A stretch of 63,907 bases of DNA from Lama glama (taxonomy: Eukaryota): assembly GCA_028534125.1 (NCBI GenBank), contig CM052816.1, positions 94,180,094-94,244,000 on the forward strand, written 5' to 3'. The position numbers and the translations under genes are program-made. The notes below the pieces were generated by a model. The model saw nothing but the letters and a program-made list of their open reading frames with translations, was not told the origin of the DNA and searched no databases. Shown one piece after another: positions 39,030-51,929 of this stretch; positions within the stretch are counted from its first letter, which is position 1, and each line of letters opens with the position of its first letter.

Positions 39030-39340
39030 TTTTTTTTTTCCAGTTCCTAGAATGCACTGTGCCACTTCCAGCCACAGGACTGCTTGCTCAGCCTGGAATG
39101 AAACCTCCCTGAGTCAAAGTCAAGCTCTTTTTGGATGGGCAGTCATAGAACTGAGACAATTCCCTTAGGTTACCTATCTGTAAACACACATCGTATAACA
39201 ATGCCTATCAGTGTGTCTTTCCCACTCAACTGGAGGCCACATAAAAAGCAGGGCTGGTGTCTATTTTCTCATTATTGCACCTAGAGACTCTTGCACAGTG
39301 TACGCCTGTCATAGATGCCCAGTAAGTATTGCTGGATAAA
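39030..39340 (+). mobile_element. L2 3' fragment
   Basis: cagttcctagaatgcactgtgcc...tctttcccactcaactggagg...gcagggctggtgtctattttctc...atagatgcccagtaagtattgctggataa. Confidence 0.6.
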
Positions 39341-40535
39341 GTTGGGAGGAATGTGCATTTTAAGGAGAGAAGCAGAAATTCACTTTGGCAAGCGTTTCAG
39401 GTTATAGTGTCTCATTTTAAAAAGGAAAAGGTAGTGTGGGGCTGTTTTAGGGCTAGTAAGTAGAAAAGAGGTGGAAGAGCTGAGAAATAGTGAGATTCTC
39501 AACAGCAGCTAGTGGACGCTGCATGGAACAGCATCCAATCCACGCAGACGTAGGAGAGTCTGGCAACAGTGGGGAAATGATACGGAAAAAAATAACTACA
39601 TTCTGCCGAGAATTTTTAAAACAGTGTTGGGAAGCGTAAGGACATTGAAAGTTGCTCACTGGAAAAGGAGAGGTGACTTGGGAGTTTCAAATGGTCTGTA
39701 TACATGAGAGGAGGTGGTAAGAGAGGATGATTATAAAAAAAAAGATGCAGAAATAATACTGCCTGGAAGATTCTTCCCACTGTGAAATCATACACATTTT
39801 CTCATACAGCTAATTAGGTGCTCGTTTAGTTATCTTAATGTTTATTTAACCAACTGAAAATAATGTCATGATGACACCTGAAAAAGATAGAATAAAAATA
39901 TCTTAGGATATAAACCATGGAAAGTCAGCTCAGAGCCAGAGGGCTCAGTGCTTTGTTTCAGGTGACCAAGCACTTTAAGGATCCGAGTGGGACTGGTCAA
40001 CTTCTTTTTCACCAAATTTTATACCAAATATTACAAAGGCTTATTAGCATCTGTTATGTATTTTTTCCAGGATATTTTAAAATGAGGTGAAGTAGAAACC
40101 CTTGTTCTACAAAAACTGCTTCTGCTAATTAAACCATAATTCATTAAAACCATGTAATTCTATTTAATTTTGATGCCATGCCTTTATTCTTCAGAAGCAG
40201 AAAGTGTTTCTATAGTCATACTTACATTTTTGGTTTGGTAGCTATCCAAGTACAGCTCTTTGCAAGTTATGTAGCATAAAAGCTAAAAATAATGTCTGGG
40301 TATTTGTTTCAGAATAGAAGGAATTCTAGACTAATGTGATAAATGGCATTCCCCCAACTGCGCCCATAACGATTCCATTTTGGTTATAGAGTCAGCTCCA
40401 GGACGAGCTACAGTCTAAAATGTCTACCTGTCTTGATGTACTTTAAATCGGCGGCATTCAGAATTTCTGGGATGGGAATACCTTCGCTTTTGTGAGTTTT
40501 AATCCATAGGTGTAATGGTGAATTCTACCTCAATT

Positions 40536-40570
40536 ATTTTATTTTATTTTATTTTATTTTATTTTATTTT
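40536..40570 (+). repeat. (ATTTT)7 microsatellite
   Basis: Seen directly. Confidence 0.95.
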
Positions 40571-41369
40571 AGTAATATTTGAATGGCCAACATTCAGGTG
40601 AAAAGTATTAAAATAGAAGCATTAGGAGGAAGAAAAACAACTATATATATATATAACACAGTCCTGATGCTTAAGTCATCTTACAATCTAGTAAGGAGAA
40701 CGCCATGGTATATATATATTTTTTTCTTTTTAAAAATTCATTTATACCCCCTTGAAGCTCATATGGTTGCTATGCCAAGTAAGAGTAGAAAATCATTATT
40801 ACTTAGACAGCTAAGAATTCAATAACATTACGATTGCATTATTAATAGTCAGAATTAAATTATTTTCTTTCAATATGTTCCCTCTAGTACAACCATGTCT
40901 TCAGTTGGAACCACAGAAATAATTTCTAAATGATGTGGATTAGATTCTAAAGAATATCAAAAAGAGAAACAACAAAAAAAATTTCCAGAATTCCATTCTC
41001 TGTTCTATCCTTTTAAACATTGGTTTTCAAACATGTATTTCCCATAATTTCAAATGAATCTTTCCAGGCAGCCGAGAAATAATTCATTGTCTGCAGAGGG
41101 ATGGGCATCATGGCTCTGTGAAATATACATAGCATCCTATGTGTCAAATCTATGACCAAGAAATGGTTACTGTACGTCTTTGCACCTATTCCACGGGATA
41201 ACAGTGGGGAAAGGTGGGATGGTGTTGAGTAATCACTGGCAATGGGGAAAAGCTCTACAATCATTTGCTGATATGACAGACACTGTCCAAAGGAAGAAAA
41301 TTTTACTTTTGGTTAGAGATGGGTTGGCAAGAACTCAACTCTGAACTAGCAGCTTCATAGATACTCATT

Positions 41370-41730
41370 AATTTTAATTGGATGAATTGAATGTCCAGTC
41401 TAGATACAGTTTTTCAAACCCAATTAATAAGGTACTTAAGATATTGACAAAAGTCACTGCAAGGCTTCAAGTTATAATTTTAAGAATTGGAAAGGTGGGC
41501 AAGGTACCTAGAATTGTAGAAGAGTCAATGCAGTAATTCTAGTTGAAAGGAGGGAGGGGGGTTGATGCTGTATGCACTAGAAAGCTCAACTTATTTATAT
41601 ACTTGTGCACAAGAAATTTGAATTTAAAATGTCAGTTTTAAAACACCTGGCTGAGAGCAGAGTCCTAGGGAACAAACAGCACTGCCTAAGAAAGAAAAAG
41701 ATATGTCAGATTCGTTTTATTTCTCACCGT
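41370..41730 (+). mobile_element. L3/CR1 LINE ORF2 fossil
   Basis: Translation KHLAESRVLGNKQHCLRKKKICQIRFIS resembles the recalled CR1 RT N-terminal pattern HL-x-QHGF-x-KSC-x-TNLIS. Upstream DNA aggtacctagaattgtagaagagtcaatgc resembles the V-P-x-D-W-R-R-A-N segment. Confidence 0.55.
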
Positions 41731-42837
41731 GCACAGGAACCAAAATTAACATCTTGTGCTGGGAACACCTTTTATCTTTTCAAATATTATCTGACTTGTT
41801 AAGAATATTCATATTTTTTCTCCCTTTGGCAAAATTCTTAATATTTTCTTGTCTAAACTGGCCCATTACTTATGCTTCGCCATCACTCTCTGGGCTAAAT
41901 TTTACTGAAAGATTGATTTGTACACCCTAGCCTACATTTTTAAAACTTGTATCACAATATATGCCAACATTACATGTTATGTTTTCTAAAATAAATACAT
42001 TCACATCCAGTTACTTGTTCAGTTTGATCTTCACAAATATCTTGCATGCAGAGTACTGTTGCTTTTGCTTAGACAGTTCTACGTAAGAATTATTTTGAGA
42101 AATGGTCCAATCTGTGACTTCGATTTTGGATCTTGAAAAACCAGCCCTTTCAAACCCACTATTAAGAATGACAACACAGGGACAAGTAGCAGGGATACAG
42201 CAGATGACCGTGATGTGGGGAGGAGTTCCTAAGAGCTTTAGAAATGTGAGAGTGCTGCATCTCTCATAGAGTTTGGGGTGAATTGTGAAAATGAAGAACT
42301 ATAATTTATGTAGTAAAACACCCCAATAGAAGACGATTTGGAGGGGGGACTTCAATATGAAGACAACCAAGAATGTTGTGTTGGGCTGTGTTGAGCATTC
42401 TTTTGTAAGCAAATGTTGCAGGAAGGAGGACTTTGGTTGACCCCACATGGACTTTCTTCATCACCGCAGCATCTCTCTGACTACCCATGTGATGATGTAA
42501 CAAATGAGATTTTCTCATTTAATAATAAAAAAGTATGTGAAGTTAAAAAAAAAAGAAAGTAAGGTAAGTTTCTCTGGGCCCTAACGGTGGGGCTGAGATG
42601 AAGCTGGCAGTAATCTGGGGGGAGGAGGAGGAGGGGCAGGGGCTCCGGCTGTGTTCTGGAAGATTCAGAGCTAAGTCCTGCCATGTGAGGTGTCGACCCA
42701 GAGCTGGTGATGGGACTGTGGCCAGAGAGAAGCCTAAGTGACAGGGAGAGCCGATGCGGGAGGAGGGGCAGATGCCCTGCGTCTGGTGCAGTAGCAGCAG
42801 GAAGGGCAGAACCGGTCCAGCTGCAGAGACCGGCGGC

Positions 42838-42905
42838 AGGTCGGGGTGTTACCTGTGGAACAGGTCCACGTAGGTCGGGGTGTTACCTGTGGAACAGGTC
42901 CACGT
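42838..42905 (+). repeat. Perfect 34-bp tandem duplication
   Basis: AGGTCGGGGTGTTACCTGTGGAACAGGTCCACGT twice (42838-42871, 42872-42905). Confidence 0.97.
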
Positions 42906-43878
42906 GGGACTCAGGTGGAGAGGCAGTGTGGGACCCAGGCTGCAGACAACGTGAGGATGGAGGACCATTTCACGTGCCCAGACTCCAGGAGTTAGGGGAC
43001 AGTTAGTGATTTATGAGACCCTTGGGATATGGACAGAAACCAAGGCCACAAGAATGAATACGTTAATTCTTAATTTATGGAATTATATATATTATGTTAA
43101 GAGAGAGAGAACCCACTGTGTACATAGTAATGTGCAAGATTCTGATCATTTTAAAATAAAAACCTACATTCGAGGTGTGTATGTCTGAGATTGAATCTAA
43201 TTATAATCCAATTAAAATCAAAGCAAGGCAACAAGTATGCAGTGATCTCAGGCCCCCCGGACCACAGGAAGGGGGTGGGGAGCAGACCAAGAGGAGACTG
43301 GGGGCTCCTGGACCAGCAGGAGGGAGGCAGGCCCGGCCTCCGGAAGGGACTGGAGGCGGGCACTGGATTCCCTTCTGATTTTCTTCCTCCTCACCCAGCT
43401 CATCTCACTTCTGTTTACTGAATCTCCTCCCTCATCAGGCCGGCGTCTTTTTTTTTCCCTGCCGTATGAAAGAGAGAAACCAATGTTCTCTCCATTGCCA
43501 CAGTCACTGATGTTGACGAGCCGACTGCCTGAGGGACATGCTCGGTGGATCCAGGCTCAGTCCCCTCTGCGAAGGGCTGGGCTCAGGGCGGAGAACGGCC
43601 CCCTGTGGCCCCAGCGGTCCTGGACGGGAGAGGTTTAGCACAGACGGGAAGCATCAAGTTTATTTAATGATGTTGTTTTTTATAAAAGTCTCACATGTGG
43701 TAAATTTCACTCAGATGTCTGATGTGTCTGGATTCTGAAGTCACATATGTGAAGGAAGAGCTAGATGTGGCTTAGACACTTGTGGTAACAGCGTGGGCTT
43801 TATCACACGTGAACTGACTGGGAGACAGGTGCAAAGTCGCAGGGTCGCTGCACCTCAGGATGTCCCTACCTGGAGGTG

Positions 43879-44005
43879 CTCTTTCTCTTTGTTTCTTTCT
43901 TTTTCTTTTTTTTTTTATTTTTTAAAAACTTTTTTCCTTTTCTTCTTTTTACCTTTTTCTTTTCTTCTTTTCCTTTTTTTTTCTTTTTTTTTCTTTTTTT
44001 CCCCT
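43879..44005 (+). repeat. Long polypyrimidine (T/TC) tract
   Basis: About 125 nt of T/C with few interruptions (mainly one aaaaa). Confidence 0.95.
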
Positions 44006-44318
44006 GAGGGGAGGCACCTGATGTCCAGTGTGTATGACAGGGCAGGGCTGGAGGAAGGAGAACCTGAGAAAAGTCCAGATTTTGGCTGGGAGTTTCCTGA
44101 CTGCATTTCCTTCTTTGATTAACAGAGCTGCGGATGGTTATCCATTTAATTCTCATTGTCACGGAAGAAAAAATATCATCTTCAAGCAGCAGAACTCCGC
44201 CCGGATATTATCTGTAGTAACTGCTCTCAGTGGGTCTCACAGAGGACATCTGGGCGGGAGGGGTGGGGAGCATAGGACACACTGATATGCTTCCCTGCAG
44301 GTCATTCAGTCTTCCTGC

Positions 44319-44818
44319 NNNNNNNNNNNNNNNNNNNNNNNNNNNNNNNNNNNNNNNNNNNNNNNNNNNNNNNNNNNNNNNNNNNNNNNNNNNNNNNNNN
44401 NNNNNNNNNNNNNNNNNNNNNNNNNNNNNNNNNNNNNNNNNNNNNNNNNNNNNNNNNNNNNNNNNNNNNNNNNNNNNNNNNNNNNNNNNNNNNNNNNNNN
44501 NNNNNNNNNNNNNNNNNNNNNNNNNNNNNNNNNNNNNNNNNNNNNNNNNNNNNNNNNNNNNNNNNNNNNNNNNNNNNNNNNNNNNNNNNNNNNNNNNNNN
44601 NNNNNNNNNNNNNNNNNNNNNNNNNNNNNNNNNNNNNNNNNNNNNNNNNNNNNNNNNNNNNNNNNNNNNNNNNNNNNNNNNNNNNNNNNNNNNNNNNNNN
44701 NNNNNNNNNNNNNNNNNNNNNNNNNNNNNNNNNNNNNNNNNNNNNNNNNNNNNNNNNNNNNNNNNNNNNNNNNNNNNNNNNNNNNNNNNNNNNNNNNNNN
44801 NNNNNNNNNNNNNNNNNN
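44319..44818. other. Assembly gap (500 N)
   Basis: Exactly 500 N. Confidence 1.
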
Positions 44819-47800
44819 CCCGAATGTAGGAATTTGTAAACTTGTTCACTTAGCTTCTGTAGGACACGTGACATGCAATGTCAACCTATACTACACACTT
44901 CCATGGACACAAACCTTGCAAAATTACACACAAACTCCACATTTGTGTTGCCCCTTCCACAAATATCGCCAAACTTTTGGAACTCTCTTGATTCCACTGA
45001 TTTATTAAAATATTACCTGTTAATATTATGGCTTCATATATTGTTAATAACAAATTACTTGTGACATGATATCAGGTCATTGTTATCATTTCGAGAACCC
45101 CCCTCTTGTGAATTAATATTCTGAAACATATTAAAAATAAATAATTTCTCTGTAGAAAAAAAATCAGTTGTTTCTCATTGTCTGGAGCCTGGACTAAACT
45201 CTTTTGTCTGATTTTCATACTTTACGGATTTGGAAATTGGCTATTTGCTCAAATTCTATATAGGTATTCCCTCAACTGCTCCTTCCATCCTGCAGCTGTG
45301 ACTTGCCATGTCTGAGCTTCTCCTGGGGCTGCTTGTTGCTCACTGCACAGGGACATGCAGAATTGGTCCCATGGAACATCATACTTGTTTTTAGCAGCCA
45401 CCTTACTTCTGATTCCCCAAGTCAGCCCACCAAGTACAAGAAAACGCATGTTTTCCTACAGAGGCAAGAATACATCATCCTTTGATAAATCTGATCTGAG
45501 AAATTGTCTTATTTTATTTTTCCTGTGTCCTGAATTGCCCGTGGCCTTACCTTCCTCTCCTGAGGAAGTCCTGCTACTTAAAGCAGCAGATGAAATACGT
45601 AGATAATGATCATTTTTCTTCCAAAGATTCATTGGTCACCATCCTCTTCATATTAATAATGAGAAGGATTTTCCCCTTAAAATACTTTCTACTTTTCCAT
45701 ACTTTGATGTACATTATGAGCCAAGGCGTCCCATGACGATTAGAGTTTATAAAGTAGTGGAAATCATGCTTCATTTCTAAATTATTACCCATAGTGGAAC
45801 TTTAATCACACAGCATCCGTCAGCTCCTAATTTCACTGAACTGGGAATCCTCTTCAGTTTGTCCCAAAACAGAACCATTTATTTACATCTTTACTGTAGA
45901 GTTTTCTTTTTAAGTCTTAACTTTTCATATTATGTTTTCCATAAGAGTCACTGTGTTCTTAAAACCTGACATACACATCACTTGGATTTTCCTTTCTCAT
46001 GTGAATAAAAGGTCTGCACCGCAAGGTATGTATACACATAGATAGCTCTCTCTGTTTGTCACCTCTCTGCTCCTTCCCAAACCCGATCAGGAGCTGCTCC
46101 GCTACAGCTGCACTAGGAAGCTTGTCATGTGTCATTTTTCAGTTGCCTTTCATAATATGGCCCTGTATTAACACTTAACTGTCAAGATAGTATGCAATAT
46201 GAGCAGGTTCCTTCAGGGCAAAGCGCTCACTTCTCGCTCCAGTTTAAATCAGCAGTGTGGTCAGGTGTGGGTCCCGCTGCTTGGTCTGTATACAAAGAAG
46301 GAATGAGGGAAATAAACAAGAAAATCAGTCACTCTGTATTAAGCCATAGCTTCAATCAATCATAAGAATTAAAATAGTTACATTCCAAAGCACACCTGGC
46401 AAAACATAATTACCTGTTACTCTTTCCAGGATCCTTCTTTCCAAAGTCACAGTCGGGAGAGTTCGGAATTATCTGCAAAACGGAAGACTTCAGATCAATG
46501 GTCTGACAGTAACTTAAAGGTGTTATTTTGCTCATTTGGAGGCCCCAAACTGACCTAATCAGTGCATGTAGTTAAATACACCTACAATCATCATCAACTT
46601 ATCCTCCTTTTCAAGCCATAAACACCTAGAAATCATTATTCTTGGGTGAGAGACACAGTGTCATTTGGAAGAGAGTTACAAGAGAGAGAATCAATCTGCT
46701 TGCCTCCACAATATCTGTCTGTTGTGCTGGAAATTTCTCTCCAAACTGCTTGTCATCTCCTAGCATTTAACGACCTTCACTACAAGAATCAAGGTCTTTC
46801 CAAATATGTGGCACCAAATAGTTTGGATCATGCCTATAGCTAAAACTTTCAGACCCAATGAGTATTAAGGTTGCGTAGATCCCACATGAAACCCTGGGGC
46901 GAGTACCAACATTATAAGAAAATAAGACTACAGGGAAAGCAGTCATCGCACAGACATTAGAGAGGGAAATACAAAATGGTGCCCAACTCTAACGGTGTAC
47001 TTCTAAGTCTAAACTTCTGAAACTAACAAAGGGTCTCAGGAGAAAGCCACAATCTAATTAAACCATCGAATACTGAGTGTTATCAGAAAAAGCATGTCAG
47101 TGATCTCACTGTCCGGGTGACAATGAGTGGATGGTTTTCAGAGATTAGTAAAGTGAATTGGCAACACTTCAAAATATACATTGAAGTTCCATCTTCCTCC
47201 TGATGGGTAAAAAGGGAGAACATGCTTTTTTTTTCCCCAAAATAAAACCTCAGTGCAAGATATAGGAAAGAGAGAAAGTAGCCTCTGGAGAAAAAAGTAT
47301 AAAAAATATAAAAAGAGGCGGGTTTGGCAGGAGCTTGAGAAAATGAACAGGGCAATGAAGCTAAGCAGTAACACAGAAAGACGGTAAATTTTGATGGATC
47401 ATATTTTGGCCAGCAATGGAAGTTGGCTTACTGGGGAAGAGAAAAAGATTGCCCTGGGGAGTAATAGAAGCAAAGAAGCGGAGAAAGAAAATTTGCTGTG
47501 TATAGTTTCATAGTTTGGAATCTGAGTTTAATTTTTAAAAAGTCAGGTTTCATAAGATACAGCTATACACAAGCTAATAAAATAAAAAATTTTAACACAC
47601 ATTTGAGTCTATCTGAAACACTGCTACTCTTTTTTTTATTAAATCCAATCTCAAGTTAGACATTTAATTCTAGATTTCACTACACAATACAAATTTTTAA
47701 AGAAAAAAGAAAAAAAGAACTCCCCTCAGCATTTTCAGGAAGAAAGACGTAGGGAATATATACAAGGCACCGTGAAGCCATGTTTATTAATTTTGCGCTG

Positions 47801-48269
47801 ATGAATCTGAAGAGAAATTTATGACTGTATTATCCAATCATGTGAGTTCAGCATGTCAGGAAATAAAACTTGTATATATTCATAATAGAGAATACCATCC
47901 TTAATGTTCAGGTTGCCAATTGTCAGCAACTAAAGCATAAGTACACGTATCTTTGCTTTTACAATTCTTCCATGCCTACACATTCCTCATCCCCACCTCC
48001 ACACTAAGTATATTTTCTCATCTTTTCTTCTGTGCTGACAGTGACATTTCCACTCCAGGTGCATTGCCTGTTTCAGATTTGGGGCATCCTGTCCTTTCTT
48101 GATGCTCTGCATTGACAATAGTGGTCAGCCATTGTGTAGGTGAGTACATGAAAATATTTGGTCCAGTTTAGACAGTGGAACACAGATCAGTATTCCTATA
48201 CCATCTGTCATCATATAACCGGAATTTCTTTACAAAATTATGGAGTTTTTTGTGTTGTTTTAGTTCTGG

Positions 48270-48455
48270 TTTTTTTTTTAGTTGTAATATATTCTTATTG
48301 AAGTATAGTTGATGTATGATATTATATAGGTTACCAAGGTATAAGATACTGATTCACAATTTTAAAGATTATACTCCATTTATAGTTATTACAAAATATA
48401 GGCTTTATTCCCTGTGTTATGCAATATGTTCTCATTGTTTATTTTATACCCAACA
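48270..48455 (-). mobile_element. Short L1 3' end (cetartiodactyl-type)
   Basis: T-tail, then ttattgaagtatagttgat...ttcacaattttaaagattatactccatttatagttatt. Confidence 0.75.
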
Positions 48456-48623
48456 CAATTATGTTTTATAAATGTTCATTGTCCAGGTGAACTTTGAGTC
48501 ATTGCACAAATTTGTATTCATTGTTCCACAATATTGTCAGTTACATGGCATAATCTACATTCATGCTTAATTATACACCATGATTATTGCTCCATTTTAC
48601 AGTAATGTTGTGTTCTTTTCACC

Positions 48624-49010
48624 TGTGATAGTTAGCTATTGCTGCATAACAAGTTATCATAAAAACTTGGCAGCCTAAAGCAACAAATACTTCTTGTATC
48701 ACTGCTTCTGTGGCTCAGGAATCTGCACAAGCCATCTGGGTACCACTGACTTAGGTTCTGAGACAAGGCTGCAGTGGAGCTGTTAGCCAGGGCTGCAGTC
48801 CCATCTGAAAGTTCAGCTGGGGGAGGATCCACTTCTAAACTCAGTCACATAACTGAAGGAGATCATGTTTTGGATTTTCTTTTGAGTTTTATACTAAGTG
48901 TCTCAGTTTGTCACTGGCTGCTGACTGAAGGTCTCCTCATCTGTGGAACACCACATCAGTAAACTCACAGGATGGGAACTGACTCCATCAGAGTAAGTAA
49001 GCAAGAGATT
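48624..49010 (-). mobile_element. MaLR LTR, MLT1F/G/H-like
   Basis: gttagctattgctgcataacaag...ttctgtggctcaggaatctg...agccagggctgcagtcccatctgaaag...ggaggatccacttctaa. Confidence 0.75.
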
Positions 49011-49190
49011 ATTGGTGTACATATATACATATATACACATGAACACATGTATACATATATATGGCAATGCACTCTAAAATTATATAAATAAACATATGTA
49101 TTTAATTGCTCTTAAATGTATCTCTAAGAATTATTTCCTCATTTTTTGCAGCCTGGTCATTCCCCCATGTTCATAGCTAATAATCTAAGC

Positions 49191-49682
49191 CCGTAGTTCT
49201 CTAAGTTTTGTGAGTAATTGACAGCAAGGTCAAAAATATTTTCATACTAACACTGAGGCTTTGGTTGCTTTCTATACTCTCATTCTCTCACAAGTACACA
49301 GTGCAGTTTTCCTGAAGCTACGCAAGTTTTGCTATCACAACAGATTGAATATAGAGGCCGCTAAGGCAACCCAGACATCTTCTATTAAGGCAGGCATGAA
49401 AAAGATGTTCAAAATGAAACCAATACCACTCTTTTTGCTATTATTTTTCATTTTAGAAGACATAGTTGTTTTCAGTGAAAATATGATTTATCTTAATGTA
49501 ATGAATTAACTATCATCATTTTAAAATAAATTAAAACATACTGATTTTGATGTATCTTCAGTATTGATTGCTTCCATGGTAAACATTGATAGATAGAACC
49601 CATTTAAATAAAAGTTCTTGGGGTTCTCCATACTTTCTAAAACTATAAGGCAATCATGGGACAAAACATTTGAGAACTCCTA
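49191..49682. mobile_element. hAT-Charlie element, Charlie1b-like
   Basis: TIR-like ends ccgtagttctc...tttgagaactcct, internal aggtcaaaaatattttcatact and ctctcattctctcacaagtacacagtg. Degenerate 8-bp flanks atctaagc/acctaaat. Confidence 0.7.
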
Positions 49683-51189
49683 ACCTAAATCTTTGCTTTT
49701 TATAGGAGCTTTAATAGTTCACTAAGTGAATGAATCACATTTTATACAAGGGTGTTTATTTGTGTGACTGTGAATCCCTGTACCTTTTGTTTCAAAGCAT
49801 CCTAGCAAAATGTCGGACCTAAAATATACAGCAGCCCTATTTCTGGCTAGCTAGTCTAGGGAAAGCAAGTCATGATAGCAGAGAAGAGAAAAAAATGTAG
49901 TAGCTGTGTTAATTAGGAAAGTCTAAGCTGATCCTCTTGTAACAAAGAAACCCAAAATAGTCCATTAACACATGAAAGGCTTAAGTCTCATTCGTGCTGC
50001 ATTTCTGTAATGAGGCAAGTGGACTTGGCTCCACAGGGACCAAGAAAAAATTAAGAACTATTCCAAATACTAGATTATTTATAGAGGTATCAGGTCAATT
50101 GCGCAAAAAATAAAACACTAACACACTTCTTATTTTAACAGAATACTCAAATATGCCACATTAAGGTTGTGATTAAAAACTAGATTACTTTATGTGGAAG
50201 GATTGGAAAGAAGTCATAGAAAATTATTTAAGGTTTTTTTTTTAAGACAATTCAAGGTCTATATGATTGTTAATTGCTTATTCTTTTATTTCATCAGTCT
50301 AAATATCTCATTTTCTTTCTCTTTGCATAATATTCTACAAAATGTACCCATACTTGTCTTTTATATCAGTTAAATTTTAAGAGAAATGTATTCTAGACAG
50401 AAGATTTTGGATGCTGTTCAAAAAATAACATTTTTGCAAAGTTGCTTTGACAGATAATTAGATTTGAAATGTGTATTTAAGTTTCAGACTGGCAACTGCT
50501 GCCTACCAGATTTTTTTAAGCCAATAAAGCACAAGGAAATTGTACAGATGACAGATCTAGAAGTTCATAACTTTTTTCATCTGCCTATTGTAGATACAGG
50601 GAAGAGTGGTTGGCATATTTTTGAACAGTGGTAAGTTTTTCAGAACATGAGATTCTCAATTATTTTTCAATCTAAAATCCACTTCTAAGATGGAAGAAAG
50701 AGATCACCAAGGTTCTACCTGAAAATTTGAATATAGGAATTAGATGCTGAAATCTGAGAGCAATGCACTAGCCACATGTACATAAATGGAAAAATATATT
50801 TAACTCCCAAATAATTCCAGATTTCCAAATCAGTTTTTATATCAAACTACTCTTATCAATGATGATTTATTGCCAAAAAAATAAAATGGTCTTTTGAAGA
50901 TGTCATTGACATAATCCTACAAACCTATTGAGATTTTTTATATATATTATTCATGCAATCTGAAATCCAACTGCTTCTGGCATAGGTTTGCCAGCAAACA
51001 GAATTGCAGCACAAACAATATTCCCAGATTCTGTTCTTTTCTTCATCACTGTTGTTGTATGAGAAGATCAAAATATAAAAAGACAATGATGCACACTGAG
51101 AACATCTCTGCATTATGTCACTCAGTGATCTAAACCTGTGTAAACTGACTGAGCTGCACATGATGAGAGGCATAATCAAAGAGCTCAGG

Positions 51190-51890
51190 GTTTAACATCC
51201 AAAAATATAAGGAACTCATAAAACTCAAAAGCAAAAAACAAAAAAAAAAAAACCCAAAAAACAAAAAAAACAAATAACCCAATTAAACCATGGACAAAGA
51301 GCTTGAATATTTTTCCATTGCCAAGAAATATATGAAAAAGTCCTCAACATCATAAATCATCAGGGAATGTGTGTCAAAACGACAATGAGATATCATCTCC
51401 TACCTGTTAGGATGCCATTATCAAAAAAGAAGGCAAGTGCTATCAATGATATGGAGAAATCGGAATCCTTGTGCACTGTTGGTGGGTATAAAATAATTAG
51501 AAATGGTGCAACTACTATGGAAAACGATACGGAGTTCCCCCAAATAATAAATACGAAACTACCATATGATCCAACAATCCCACTTTTGAGTATTTATCCA
51601 AAAGAATTTAAATCAGGATCCCAAAGAGGTATCTGTACTCTGTGTCCATTGCAGCATTATTCACATAGCCAAGATGTGGAAACAAGCTAAATGTCTGTGG
51701 ATGGATAAATGGATAAAGATAATGTGACATATACATACAATGGAATATTATTCAGTCACAAGAAAGAAGGAAATCCTGTCTTATGAGACAACAGGGATAT
51801 ACTCTGAGGCCATTGTGCTAAGTGAAATAGGTCAGTTACAGAAGGACAAATATTGCACAACTGCACTTACATGAGGTATGTAAAATAGCC
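51190..51890 (+). mobile_element. L1MA/L1MB-like 3' ORF2/3'UTR fragment
   Basis: Translation includes [12 protein letters not shown] and KLPYDPTIPLLSIYPKE. DNA includes caatggaatattattcagtc. Confidence 0.85.
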
Positions 51891-51929
51891 CTTGACAGGA
51901 CTCTGGACCAGGGAAGCTACACAAGTGGG

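Noticed and set aside
42838..42905. 34-bp repeat as a CRISPR-like array
   Set aside because: Only two abutting copies, no spacer, no cas genes, mammalian context.
43793..44162. Phe-rich and Lys-rich ORFs
   Set aside because: Translations of the polypyrimidine tract.
44208..44874. Long ORFs of 190-213 aa
   Set aside because: Artefacts of the second N gap.
46840..46915. Possible small RNA (H/ACA-like ACA ending)
   Set aside because: No match to any snRNA, snoRNA or tRNA I can recall, and no convincing two-hairpin structure. An Rfam cmscan would settle it.
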